Part shown: positions 29,759 through 39,443 of the stretch, piece after piece
How the letters are laid out: every line of letters begins with the position of its first letter
Numbering within the stretch: position 1 is the stretch's first letter
Assembly (NCBI GenBank): GCA_043810925.1
Contig: JBDRNT010000161.1
Location: 32,001-96,000 of the forward strand
Direction of reading: 5' to 3'
DNA: 64,000 nucleotides
Origin: Candidatus Eiseniibacteriota bacterium
GTDB lineage: Bacteria; Arandabacterota; Arandabacteria; Arandabacterales; Arandabacteraceae
Program-made: the position numbers and the translations under genes
The notes under the pieces: model-generated
Seen by the model: only the letters and a program-made list of their open reading frames with translations
Told to the model about the DNA's origin: nothing
Database searches by the model: none

Positions 29759-30274
29759 TTACCTTTTCCAGACTTCACACTTTACCACAAGATGGTCCCC
29801 AACCTTGTGGATGTTCTTTGACTCGTCGGGTTCCATCTCGGTGTATTTCACGGCCCCATCCGGGCCGGTCTTAACGCAAAGCGGTTCTTCGCCGGGCTTA
29901 AGCCTCTTGAGACAATAGTCACACCCGGATGCGAGGAAGGGTATGGCCTGCGGGTAGATCGTACCGAACGGGCACGCGACCGTACATGACCTGCAACCTA
30001 TACACCTCAGGGAATACCGCCTCAATATCCCGTCAGCGTCCTTCTCAAGCGCGTCTCTGGGACAGGAGATAACACAGTTCGCAGACTCGCATTGCCTGCA
30101 CACGACTGCATAGGTCGCAAGCTCCCTCAACGCGGCGATGCCGTCGTTACCGGGCCGCATTCCCCAGCGATCATAGGGATAGTAGCGATGAAACGGGTAG
30201 CTGCACTGGATATCAAGGTCGCCCTCGCGTTCCAGCCTGTCCAGAAGTTCAAGATCGATGAATACCTTCTTCAA
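29759..30274 (-). CDS. Poly-[4Fe-4S] electron transfer protein (DmsB/CooF-like)
   Basis: CRQCESANCVISCP, CIGCRSCTVACPFG, CDYC..PLCV. Confidence 0.82.
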   Translation of the reverse strand: MKKVFIDLELLDRLEREGDLDIQCSYPFHRYYPYDRWGMRPGNDGIAALRELATYAVVCRQCESANCVISCPRDALEKDADGILRRYSLRCIGCRSCTVACPFGTIYPQAIPFLASGCDYCLKRLKPGEEPLCVKTGPDGAVKYTEMEPDESKNIHKVGDHLVVKCEVWKR

Positions 30275-30292
30275 GTCTCTACCCTCGCGTCC

Positions 30293-31123
30293 TCAGTCCC
30301 AGATAGCGGGTTTGTCTTTTACCTGATCGTATGTGATAACCGGGCCGTCCTTGCAGACCATAAACTCACCGAGCATGCAATGACCGCACTTGCCGATCCC
30401 GCAGCTCATGTTCTTTTCCATGGAAAGATATATGGCATTGTCGGGAAATCCAAGTTCGACAAGTGTAAACGTCCCGAACTTCATCATCACAGGAGGGCCA
30501 CAGACCACACCTATGCTGTTGGCCAGATCCATACCCAGGTCTTTGACCACTGTCGTCACGACCCCGACGTTGCCCTTCCAGGAGGAATCACCCTCATCCA
30601 CGGTCAATCGTATCTCGATCTTCTTGTCAAGTTTGGGCCACTTCTCCTTGATAAGCTCCTTATACACAATGTCGTCAGGAGTTCTGGCGCCGTAGCAATA
30701 GATTATCTTCTTGAAATCGTCAAGCCTCTCGGTGAGTGCCAGGAAAAGTGCACGAAGCGGCGCACCGCCGACACCACCACCCACTATCAGGATCTCCTTG
30801 CCCTTCCAGGCATCAAGAGGATAGCCCTTGCCGAACGGGCCCCGCACACCGACGGTCGCACCCTTGTCCATGTGATGGATGGCATCGGTGACCTTACCCA
30901 CATTCATGATCGTGAAATCGATCTTGTCCTTGACACTGGGGGAAGATGACGGGGTGAAGGGTGCCTCACCCAAACCCGGCACCGTGAGTTCCATAAACTC
31001 CCCTGCCTTAAATCCGATGTCTTCCTTCGGGCCTACCGTGAAGGTTTTTATTGTGGGGGTCTCGGTGACCACATCAAGGATCTCAGCTGTAATTGGTCTG
31101 TAAACGTTCTTTACGACCGACAT
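30293..31123 (-). CDS. FAD/NAD(P)-binding [2Fe-2S] subunit (AsrB/sulfhydrogenase gamma/FlxA-like)
   Basis: GEAP, RGPFG, GGGVG, CGPPVM, MSCGIGKCGHC...VCKDGPV. Confidence 0.9.
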   Translation of the reverse strand: MSVVKNVYRPITAEILDVVTETPTIKTFTVGPKEDIGFKAGEFMELTVPGLGEAPFTPSSSPSVKDKIDFTIMNVGKVTDAIHHMDKGATVGVRGPFGKGYPLDAWKGKEILIVGGGVGGAPLRALFLALTERLDDFKKIIYCYGARTPDDIVYKELIKEKWPKLDKKIEIRLTVDEGDSSWKGNVGVVTTVVKDLGMDLANSIGVVCGPPVMMKFGTFTLVELGFPDNAIYLSMEKNMSCGIGKCGHCMLGEFMVCKDGPVITYDQVKDKPAIWD

Positions 31124-32133
31124 ATTTCCTTAAGCACCTTTCTCATGTCTATCTCGCCAGGGCAACCCACTATACACCTTCCACAACCTGTGCATGCTTC
31201 GAAACCATAGTTTTTGAAGAAGTAATCCAATTTGTGGTAGTACCTGTGTTTGAACCTTTCAACAAGATGGTCGCGCGGGTTCGCACCGCCTGCGACCCGG
31301 GCGAAGGACTTGTACGCACACGTATCCCACATCTTAAGACGCTTGTATTTGTCCTTGGTCTTCTGATCGTAAAGCAGGAAGCACTGGCATGTGGGACATA
31401 TGAAGAGGCATGCGCCGCACTCAACGCAGGTCTCGACATTCTTCGACCAGGCGTTGTCTTCATACGCTTTGGCCATGACAGCCTGCCAGGTATCGCTCGG
31501 TTTGAATTCTTTCGACTGTTTCTCGACTACGCCCGTTGTCTTCTTCCGAATGCCGTCGCGCTGGGACAGATGATTCTCCGTTGCGGCCTTGAACAGACCC
31601 TTGTTCTCCTCCACCACAGCTTTCCCCTTGTCACTCCCGACCTCTACGACGTAACCTCCCTCGATCCTGGCAAGACCAAGATCGAAACCCTTTTCCGCAT
31701 ACGGTTTGACACCGACGAGCACACAGAAACAGGTCTCGAGCGGGTCGGTGCAATCGATACCGACGATCAGGCTTTTGTTGCGTCTTTCCTCATAGAAGGG
31801 ATCCTTGAAATCTCCTTCGAGAAAAACCTTGTCCAGGGCCTCTATCGCTCTCAGGTCACAGCCCGCAGCACCGATAATCGTGAAAGGTCTTGATTCCTTG
31901 ATAGGGCTCTCGGTTGAAGGATACTCCGCCACTTCTTCAAGTGCGGAAAAGAAGAATGGTTTAAACGGTTGGAACGGCCTGACACCGGGGTAAGTGTAAT
32001 CGCCGGTCTCACTATAGGGCTTGACGCCTACGTTACCCTGATCATCCCGTGCAGTAACATAAAGGTCTCCGCGTTTCTCAAGCCAGTTTAAAAAAGAAAC
32101 CAGATCCGAATCGGTCAGAAAGTGCGCTTCCAA
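31111..32133 (-). CDS. [4Fe-4S] subunit (AsrA/sulfhydrogenase beta/FlxB-like)
   Basis: CDLRAI, TCFC, CVECGACLFICPTCQCF, WDTC, CTGCGRCIVGCP. Confidence 0.9.
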   Translation of the reverse strand: MEAHFLTDSDLVSFLNWLEKRGDLYVTARDDQGNVGVKPYSETGDYTYPGVRPFQPFKPFFFSALEEVAEYPSTESPIKESRPFTIIGAAGCDLRAIEALDKVFLEGDFKDPFYEERRNKSLIVGIDCTDPLETCFCVLVGVKPYAEKGFDLGLARIEGGYVVEVGSDKGKAVVEENKGLFKAATENHLSQRDGIRKKTTGVVEKQSKEFKPSDTWQAVMAKAYEDNAWSKNVETCVECGACLFICPTCQCFLLYDQKTKDKYKRLKMWDTCAYKSFARVAGGANPRDHLVERFKHRYYHKLDYFFKNYGFEACTGCGRCIVGCPGEIDMRKVLKEICRS

Positions 32134-32204
32134 TCCTCCCCCTTCCTAACTGTCAATCCGTCGCTTGGTTCCGCCGTACCGACCCCCCGGCCACCGAATC
32201 GGGA

Positions 32205-32233
32205 AGGTTATAGATTCCGCGTCCTCTTGTCAA
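32205..32233 (-). promoter_or_regulatory. Sigma70-type promoter for the hydrogenase operon
   Basis: TTGACA-N17-TAACCT on the - strand, ~70 bp upstream of the first gene. Confidence 0.55.
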
Positions 32234-32308
32234 GAAAAAAACCGGCGGCCGATCCCGGCATCAAAACCCGAGAATGATAACAAGACTGCGGTCGTTATGC
32301 AAGGACAT

Positions 32309-32923
32309 TCAGCTATCCTTTGTAAGTGACGCCCGAATTGCTCTGAGCTCGTCCAGCATCTCGCCTAGCAGGCCCGCAGAACCGGGATCAGCATCCGTCT
32401 CAGAAGCGGTCGGCTTCATCGCCCCGCGAAACCCGCGCAGCCGGTCGAGCACCATCTGATGGACGTTCTCCCAGTCACCAAGCCCCGCAAGAGACGCCTC
32501 ATACCCGGTCTCCCCGCTCTTGCCGGCAGTCTGGATTTTGATCGCACCGAGATTGACGGCATGCCGGTCAAGCAGGTCTCGGACCTCGACGATGTTTGTT
32601 ACAGTCCTGTAGGGAATGGTCTTGACCACCTTCGTGACTATGCCCTTCCTCACGACGATCTCAGAGCCGGTAAGTTCATATGAGATCGATCTGAAGTAGG
32701 GCGGGATAAGCGCCGCAAACAGAATCCATGTCACAATGCTGCAGAGGACAAAGACGCCCAGAAAGATGATTGCCCGGGTGTCCGACGGGCCGACGTCATT
32801 GGCCGCCATTATCGCCAGCACGAAAATCAGAATCCCGGCGGCGATAATGCCGTAGACAATCCCTCCAACCATGAACATCTTGGATCTGTATTTCGGTGAC
32901 GGCTTGAGTTGAGCTGTTTCCAT
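32309..32923 (-). CDS. Membrane protein with bacterial PH domain (YdbS-like)
   Basis: Two TM helices then YELT..EIVVRKG....KTIPY..V...IKIQTAG. Confidence 0.78.
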   Translation of the reverse strand: METAQLKPSPKYRSKMFMVGGIVYGIIAAGILIFVLAIMAANDVGPSDTRAIIFLGVFVLCSIVTWILFAALIPPYFRSISYELTGSEIVVRKGIVTKVVKTIPYRTVTNIVEVRDLLDRHAVNLGAIKIQTAGKSGETGYEASLAGLGDWENVHQMVLDRLRGFRGAMKPTASETDADPGSAGLLGEMLDELRAIRASLTKDS

Positions 32924-33227
32924 ACTTCCGTATCCCCCTTGAATGTCGTGTGTTCGAAGCCAGATTAACATGCCCCTTGCTCCCGGACAAGCTCCTGATT
33001 GTCGCGGTCTGGCGGCGGTGGAACCCGATGTTACCGGGCTGCACGGTGGGGTCCCCATGGATCCAAACCCGGAGTCTCTCTCCAGAAAAGTCCTTGACAG
33101 GCCATACTTTCGGATTATACCGTTGGAATGGCAGTTGTCTTACTGTGCGCATGCGACTACGCCTGAATGCATCCGCGGAAGGGTAGTCGAAGACAGGCAT
33201 CTCAGTGCTGCAGCTGGCCGTGATTAG

Positions 33228-36200
33228 GTGGAGGTTTCATTGGCCGTTCGAAAGAGGGGGACTGCGCGGGCAGTGACCAAGAAGCCGATTGCCGGGAAGC
33301 GAGCAGGCAGAGCTCGCAAGACCCGTGAGCATGTCCCTCCACCCCCTCCAGATCGGGCGGCCTTCCCTGTTGTCGGCATAGGCGCTTCTGCCGGAGGGTT
33401 AAAAGCTCTCGAAGGATTCATGGCCCACATGCCGGACAACAGCGGTGTGGCCTTCGTAGTCATCCAGCACCTGGCTCCGACGCACAAGAGTCTTATGGGT
33501 TCCCTGCTGGCGAAATACACTTCAATGAGGATCATACCTATCGAAGACGGGGTGAGGATCGAACCGAACTGCATCTACCTCAATCCGCCCCATAAGAATG
33601 TGGCTCTGATCGATCGTGTTTTCACTTTGATCGAACCCGATGGACCTCATGCCGCCAACTTGCCGATTGACCACTTCCTCCGCTCTCTCGCTGAAGACCA
33701 GCGCGCTAAGGCGGTCTGTATTATTCTCTCAGGAACCGGAACCGACGGCACTCAGGGGCTGACAGCTGTCAAGGGTGAAGGTGGAACGGCGATGGCCCAG
33801 GAGGTGAGCCAGGCCCAGTATGACAGTATGCCGAGAAGCGCAATAAACACTGGACTTGTCGACTTTGTCTTGCCTGTGGAGAAGATGCCGGAGGCACTTC
33901 TCCAGTACACCACACATACCTACTTTGAGAGCCGTCGGACGTGCGCAACAGCCGAGAAGCAGGAATCGGCGGAGCCTCTGAGGAGAATACTCCATCTCAT
34001 TCGATCGGGGACAGGCCAGGATTTCACCAATTACAAGCAGACCACGATTCTCCGGAGGATAGAACGGCGGATGGCGGTTCACCAGATCATCAGAATGCAC
34101 GACTATGTCACTTATCTTAAACATGATCCGGAGGAGGTGGAAAAACTCTGCAGCGATATGCTCATCACGGTTACAAGATTCTTCAGGGATCCAGAGGCTT
34201 TTGAGATTCTCGAAAAGAAGGTGCTGCCGGATCTGCTTAAGGCACGGCCCTCCGGCATTCCTTTGCGGGTCTGGGTCCCCGGCTGCGGAACGGGCGAAGA
34301 AGCTTATTCCATAGCTATCCTGATTTCCGAAGCCATGACGAGACTGAGGAAGCATCGGGAAGTCCAGATTTTCGCAACTGACGTCGAGGCCGGTTCTATT
34401 GATCGGGCCCGTAGCGGCATATATCCGGAGAACATCGGCATCGATGTAACAGCCAGGAGGTTGAAGCGGTTTTTTGTCAAAGAGGACAGTACTTATAAGG
34501 TCAAGAGAGGGATTCGGGACATAGTGGTCTTTGCCGTTCAGAACCTTATCAAAGACCCGCCTTTTTCCAGAATCGACCTGCTGAGCTGCAGGAACGTTCT
34601 CATCTATCTGAACTCGAGCCTGCAGAAGAAGTTGCTGGCGCTCTTCTGTTACACTCTAACTCCGGATGGCTATCTGTTCCTCGGCCCCTCCGAGACAATC
34701 GGGGAATTCACCAGCGACCTGGTGGCCGTTGACGCGAAGTGGAGGATATACCGTTGCAGGTACGATGCCGCCAAGATAGCTGAGGGTTTTCCGTCCCCAC
34801 CGCCAAGCCTGGCCGAGACCGGGTCCGGCGGTGCAGTTGCAGCAATACCGCATGAGGGCACCCGTCACCAGCCCGTGTTGCGCCAGACCGCCGAAAAGGC
34901 AATCATTGAGAAATACGCTCCTCCTTGCGTCGTCATAGACGAGAAGTTCGAAATCCTCTATTTTCATGGAAGAACCGATAGGTATTTATCACCACCGGTT
35001 GGGGAACCCAGTTTCAACATCTTGAACATGGCTCCTGAAGGCATGCGACACATACTCACGACCGCGTTGCATGATGCAATCACGAAAAGAACGTCATCCG
35101 TTCACAAGGGTTTCCGGATAAGACAAGATGGGGTATCGGTGAGTTTGAATCTCGTCGTGACATGTCTTACGGACCCTCCGGCGATGAGGGGATTGGTGTT
35201 GGTCGGGTTTGAAGACGTGGCGGAGAGCAAGACCGAGCGCCGAAAGGCCAAGAAGGGGATCTCCGGCGATGGCCCAACCGCCCCGCACATCGAAGCTCTG
35301 GAGCGGGAATTGGCAGCTACCAGAGACCGCCTCGAGGCCACGATCGAAGAACTGGTCACCAGTAATGAGGAACTCAGATCGGCCAATGAAGAGTTGCAGT
35401 CTACGAATGAGGAACTGCAAAGCACCAACGAACAGATGGAGACCTCAAGAGAAGAATTGCAGTCGACAAACGAGGAACTCCACGCGGCGAACTCAGAGCT
35501 TCAGGGAAAAATAGCCGAACTCGGGCGTGCCCATGACGACCTGACCAACCTCCTTGCCAGCACGGGAATCGCAACCCTGTTCCTGGACAGGGACCTCTGT
35601 ATAAGGAGTTACACGCCTGCTGTGAGAAGGTTTTTCAGCCTTATTGATAGTGACGTGGGAAGACCGGTCAGCGATATTGTCCACAAGTTCGAATACGCTT
35701 CTCTTGTTGAAGACTCCAGGAATGTCCTTGCGACTTTTCAACGCGTGGAGAGAAGGGTACAAACCACAGAGCACAACTGGTTCAAGGTGAACATTGTGCC
35801 TTACCGGACACTGGAGAACATAGTTGATGGAGTCGTGTTGACCTTCGTTGATATCTCCCAACTCGTACTGGCCGCTGAGGAGAGCGCAGGGGCCCTAGCA
35901 TTCAAAGCAGCCGTCGTTGATACCGTGCGCGAGCCTCTGGTGGTGTTGGATCAGGATCTGAAGGTTGTCTACGCAAGTCGGTCCTTCTATGACACATTCA
36001 TGGTATCGCCACGGACCACGGAGGGACATTCAATACGCGAGCTGGGCAGCGGACAGTGGGCGATTCCCAAGCTGCTGGAGATGCTGGAGGCCGTTCTGGC
36101 GGAGAACACGGTTTTCAGTGACTTCGAGGTCGCGCATGACTTCCCCGATATCGGGCGCAAGACCATGTTGCTGAATGCGCGACAGCTGGCTACCTCGCCG

Positions 36201-36251
36201 GTTCGGGAAGGTGCCATGATTCTCATGGCCATCGAGGACATCACGGACTGA
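33228..36251 (+). CDS. CheB methylesterase-CheR methyltransferase fusion with coiled coil and PAS domains (start uncertain)
   Basis: GASAGG, QHL, SGTGTDG (CheB); VTRFFRD, GCGTGEEAYS, CRNVLIY (CheR); NEELQST heptads; PAS domains. Confidence 0.93.
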   Translation: MEVSLAVRKRGTARAVTKKPIAGKRAGRARKTREHVPPPPPDRAAFPVVGIGASAGGLKALEGFMAHMPDNSGVAFVVIQHLAPTHKSLMGSLLAKYTSMRIIPIEDGVRIEPNCIYLNPPHKNVALIDRVFTLIEPDGPHAANLPIDHFLRSLAEDQRAKAVCIILSGTGTDGTQGLTAVKGEGGTAMAQEVSQAQYDSMPRSAINTGLVDFVLPVEKMPEALLQYTTHTYFESRRTCATAEKQESAEPLRRILHLIRSGTGQDFTNYKQTTILRRIERRMAVHQIIRMHDYVTYLKHDPEEVEKLCSDMLITVTRFFRDPEAFEILEKKVLPDLLKARPSGIPLRVWVPGCGTGEEAYSIAILISEAMTRLRKHREVQIFATDVEAGSIDRARSGIYPENIGIDVTARRLKRFFVKEDSTYKVKRGIRDIVVFAVQNLIKDPPFSRIDLLSCRNVLIYLNSSLQKKLLALFCYTLTPDGYLFLGPSETIGEFTSDLVAVDAKWRIYRCRYDAAKIAEGFPSPPPSLAETGSGGAVAAIPHEGTRHQPVLRQTAEKAIIEKYAPPCVVIDEKFEILYFHGRTDRYLSPPVGEPSFNILNMAPEGMRHILTTALHDAITKRTSSVHKGFRIRQDGVSVSLNLVVTCLTDPPAMRGLVLVGFEDVAESKTERRKAKKGISGDGPTAPHIEALERELAATRDRLEATIEELVTSNEELRSANEELQSTNEELQSTNEQMETSREELQSTNEELHAANSELQGKIAELGRAHDDLTNLLASTGIATLFLDRDLCIRSYTPAVRRFFSLIDSDVGRPVSDIVHKFEYASLVEDSRNVLATFQRVERRVQTTEHNWFKVNIVPYRTLENIVDGVVLTFVDISQLVLAAEESAGALAFKAAVVDTVREPLVVLDQDLKVVYASRSFYDTFMVSPRTTEGHSIRELGSGQWAIPKLLEMLEAVLAENTVFSDFEVAHDFPDIGRKTMLLNARQLATSPVREGAMILMAIEDITD
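35364..35500 (+). repeat. 21-bp period coding heptad repeat (NEELQST)
   Basis: SNEELRSANEELQSTNEELQSTNEQMETSREELQSTNEELHAANSEL. Confidence 0.8.
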
Positions 36252-36316
36252 TAGCCGCACCCACGCGGGCAGTGATCTTAGGATAAGACGGAGCTGGGCG
36301 CACGGAGAAGGCCCGT

Positions 36317-36883
36317 AGGAGGCAGACCGATGGCCGAGTCCAGGGGCGGATCGCCTAAGAACAGCAATCTCAGAGGCCGTGCCGAGCAGAAGATGAAAGA
36401 GGGGACTGCTCAATCCGCCGGCGGCTCTCGAGTCACAGAGCATGAGCTGATTCATGAGTTGGAAGTTCACCAGCTGGAACTTGAAATGCAGAATGAAGAG
36501 CTCCGCAGAGCACAGCTGGAACTCGAAATCTCGCGTGCCAAGTACTTCAGTCTGTTCGATCTCGCCCCGGTCGGATACTTCACGATCAGTGAGAAGGAGA
36601 TAATTCTCGAGGCGAACCTCACAGGTGCCGCCCTGTTGGGTGTGGCGAGGCGTGATCTGATTAACGTGAGATTCACCGCCTGGGTCAGCGAAGATAGTCA
36701 TCAATGCGTCCACGCACACTGGAAGCGCGTTTTAGAGAGCCGCACTGCGGAGGCCTGCGAAGTGAAGCTGCGCAGGGCGGATGGAACCGTGTTTCACGCT
36801 CAACTGACCAGCGAAGTCGGCCGGGACCCCGACGGTCACTCAACCCAGTGTAGAACGGCGGTAGTCGACATCACCGATCGCAG
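36317..36883 (+). repeat. Left arm of a 567-bp inverted repeat
   Basis: Reverse complement of 38371-38937, no indels, about 24 mismatches by manual count. Confidence 0.95.
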
Positions 36884-37604
36884 GCATATGGAGGCGGCAC
36901 TCCGGGAGTCTGAGAAGCTGGCCGCAGCCGGTCGGATGGCCGTCCGGATCGCCCATGAGATCAACAATCCACTTGCCGGAATCAAGAATTCGTTCCTGCT
37001 TGTGAAGGACATTGTTGATGAAGAACATCCGCACTATGCATATGTGGGTATGATTCAAAACGAGATCGACAGGATTGCCGATATAGTCCGCAAGATGTTC
37101 GACCTGTACGGCCCGGATAGTAGAAAGATTGAGAAGGTATCGATTGACCGGGCCATCCGTGAGGTCGTTGCTATGCAGTGCGGCAACGCGCGAGTGCACG
37201 GGGTTGAGATAGAACTCGAGTGTCCTCGATTCCCCGTCAATGCCATGCTACCTGCGGGCCATTTGAAACAGGTCTTGCTTAACGTAATCAACAACGCAGT
37301 GGAGGCGTCGGAAGCCGGCGGTGTGATCACGGTGACTCTGGTTGCAGATCAGAGTGCCATCATAAGAGTGCGGGACGAGGGTGGCGGCATCCAGGCCGGC
37401 ATAGGTGATCGCATATTCGAGCCGTTCTTCACCACTAAACAATCCGGAACGATGAGTGGGTTGGGCCTCGGCCTTTCGATCTCCAGGAGTATGGTCGAGG
37501 GAATGGGAGGGACCATCGGCTACGAGATCGTACCTTCGGGGGGAACTGTATTCACGATAACGCTGCCCCTCAAGGGAAGATCAGGAGAAGTCCGGAGCAG
37601 TTGA
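36330..37604 (+). CDS. PAS sensor histidine kinase (NtrB-like core)
   Basis: HELEVHQLELEMQNEELR coil, PAS, AHEINNPL, PFFTTK, GLGLGL. Confidence 0.92.
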   Translation: MAESRGGSPKNSNLRGRAEQKMKEGTAQSAGGSRVTEHELIHELEVHQLELEMQNEELRRAQLELEISRAKYFSLFDLAPVGYFTISEKEIILEANLTGAALLGVARRDLINVRFTAWVSEDSHQCVHAHWKRVLESRTAEACEVKLRRADGTVFHAQLTSEVGRDPDGHSTQCRTAVVDITDRRHMEAALRESEKLAAAGRMAVRIAHEINNPLAGIKNSFLLVKDIVDEEHPHYAYVGMIQNEIDRIADIVRKMFDLYGPDSRKIEKVSIDRAIREVVAMQCGNARVHGVEIELECPRFPVNAMLPAGHLKQVLLNVINNAVEASEAGGVITVTLVADQSAIIRVRDEGGGIQAGIGDRIFEPFFTTKQSGTMSGLGLGLSISRSMVEGMGGTIGYEIVPSGGTVFTITLPLKGRSGEVRSS

Positions 37605-38924
37605 CGTCTGCGGGGCTGCTGCATCGTCCGTGAGCTGCGGTGGGGCCACTTCAGGCATCACCGGAAGCGTGAAGTAAAAAGTCGAACCTTTGCCGGGCTT
37701 TGATTCCACCCATATTCTCCCGCCATGACGCTTAATGATCTTCATACAGATGGCAAGGCCCATACCGGTACCAGGGTACGTATCATCGGGGTTCAATCGC
37801 TGGGAGACAAGGAATATGCGGTCTTTGCATTCCGGATCTATACCAATACCGTTATCACGCATCGAAAAGACCCACTCTCCATCATCTCGCGCGGCAGAGA
37901 TGTGAACACGTGGCCGTTCCAGGCCGCGAAACTTGATGGCATTGCCGATGAGATTCTGAAAGACCGAGACGATCTGGTCCTTATCGGCCATAATCCGTGG
38001 TAGGGAATCATGCTTGATTTCGGCCCGCGATTCCTCTATCGCCGCTTTGAGATTGAAGAGCGTCTCCTCCAGGATGGTCCCGCAATCGGCGGGTTCGAGG
38101 CGGATGTGAAGCGCCCCCGCATGGGAGTAGTGCAGCAGTCCTTCGACCAGAGCTTCCATCCGCCTGGCACCATCGACTGCATATCCTATAAACTCATCGG
38201 CATCCGCGCCCAGCCTGCCCTTGTAGCGCTTCTTGAGCAGTTGCATGAAGCATGAGACCGTTCGCAGGGGCTCCCTGAGATCGTGTGACGCCATGTGAGC
38301 AAAGCGCTCCAGCTCGATATTGGAACATTTCAGCTCCTCGTTGGCCACCTCAAGGTCGTCCAGGATTCTTCTGCGATCGGTGATGTCGACTACCGCCGTT
38401 CTACACTGGGTTAAGTCACCGTCGGGGTCCCGGCCGACTTCGCTGGTCAGTTGAGCGTGAAACACGGTTCCATCCGCCCTGCGCAGCTTCACTTCGCAGG
38501 CCTCCGCAGTGCGGCTCGCGAAAACCTGCTTCCGGTGTGCGTAGACACTCTGATGACTATCTTCGCTGACCCAGGCCGTGAATCTCCTGTTAATCAGATC
38601 CCACCTCGCCACACCCAACATGGCGGCGCCTGTGAGGTTCGCCTCGAGAATTATCCCCTTCTCACTGATCGTGAAGTATCCGACCGGGGCGAGATCGAAC
38701 AGACTGAAGTACTTGGCACGCGAGATTTCGAGTTCCAGATGTGCTCTGCGGAGCTCTTCATTCTGCATCTCAAGTTCTAGCTGGTGAACTTCCAATTCAT
38801 GAATCAGCTCATGCTCTGTGACTCGAGAGCCGCCGGCGGATTGAGCAGTCCCCTCTTTCATCTTCTGCTCGGCACGGCCTCTGAGATTGCTGTTCTTAGG
38901 CGATCCGCCCCTGGACTCGGCCAT
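37581..38924 (-). CDS. PAS sensor histidine kinase (Cph1-like core)
   Basis: Same N-terminal ~185 aa as 36330; ASHDLREPLR, NLIGNAIKF, YPGTGMGL. Confidence 0.92.
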   Translation of the reverse strand: MAESRGGSPKNSNLRGRAEQKMKEGTAQSAGGSRVTEHELIHELEVHQLELEMQNEELRRAHLELEISRAKYFSLFDLAPVGYFTISEKGIILEANLTGAAMLGVARWDLINRRFTAWVSEDSHQSVYAHRKQVFASRTAEACEVKLRRADGTVFHAQLTSEVGRDPDGDLTQCRTAVVDITDRRRILDDLEVANEELKCSNIELERFAHMASHDLREPLRTVSCFMQLLKKRYKGRLGADADEFIGYAVDGARRMEALVEGLLHYSHAGALHIRLEPADCGTILEETLFNLKAAIEESRAEIKHDSLPRIMADKDQIVSVFQNLIGNAIKFRGLERPRVHISAARDDGEWVFSMRDNGIGIDPECKDRIFLVSQRLNPDDTYPGTGMGLAICMKIIKRHGGRIWVESKPGKGSTFYFTLPVMPEVAPPQLTDDAAAPQTSTAPDFS

Positions 38925-38937
38925 CGGTCAGCCTCCT
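38371..38937 (-). repeat. Right arm of the 567-bp inverted repeat
   Basis: Pairs with 36317-36883. Confidence 0.95.
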
Positions 38938-39050
38938 GCCTGAAGCCGCCCATTGAGCGGAATGACACTCCAGCCGGCGGAATTGAATGCGGGATGAGCT
39001 GAGGAGCAAACACGTGAAATCGAACAAGCTGCGGATCTGCAGTTATGCCC

Positions 39051-39100
39051 CATGACAACCTCCAGGATAAGGAATCGGCAGAGAGTGGGTCCGGCATTAG
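39051..39100 (-). promoter_or_regulatory. Sigma28-like promoter + RBS module, copy 1
   Basis: CTAAT-N16-GCCGATTC-N8-GGAGGTTGTCATG. Confidence 0.7.
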
Positions 39101-39443
39101 GGGAAAATGCATGTTTACCGGACTATATTTCAGGAAGAGCAAGGTCCACCCCACCATACGGCAGTTGACTATAGAGGGGGAACCGTTGAGCACAACCTGC
39201 GCATCACGTCACGCTAACCTACGACCGTCTGATCGCCGGGTAATGAGTTGGCTCGCCTGGTTGACAACAGGGGGAATAGGTCTAAGGGCCAGCGGAGATT
39301 CCGTGCTTGGCCGTGCTCCAACAGCGCCCGGCACACCACCGACTGCCTCCTGTGCCGGAAGCAAGTGTGAGCGCGACCACGCCCCTGGGACCACTGCTGT
39401 GGTTCGTGTGCCCGGAACCTCCGCCTCTGTGCATAAGCTCGAC

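Noticed and set aside
33136-33196. Hairpin upstream of cheB-cheR (CGACTAC/GTAGTCG)
   Set aside because: Short stems are expected by chance at this GC content
36317-38937. Repeat pair as a diversity-generating retroelement TR/VR or as transposon ends
   Set aside because: Mismatches are not adenine-specific, both arms are coding 5' ends, and there is no reverse transcriptase or transposase in the window
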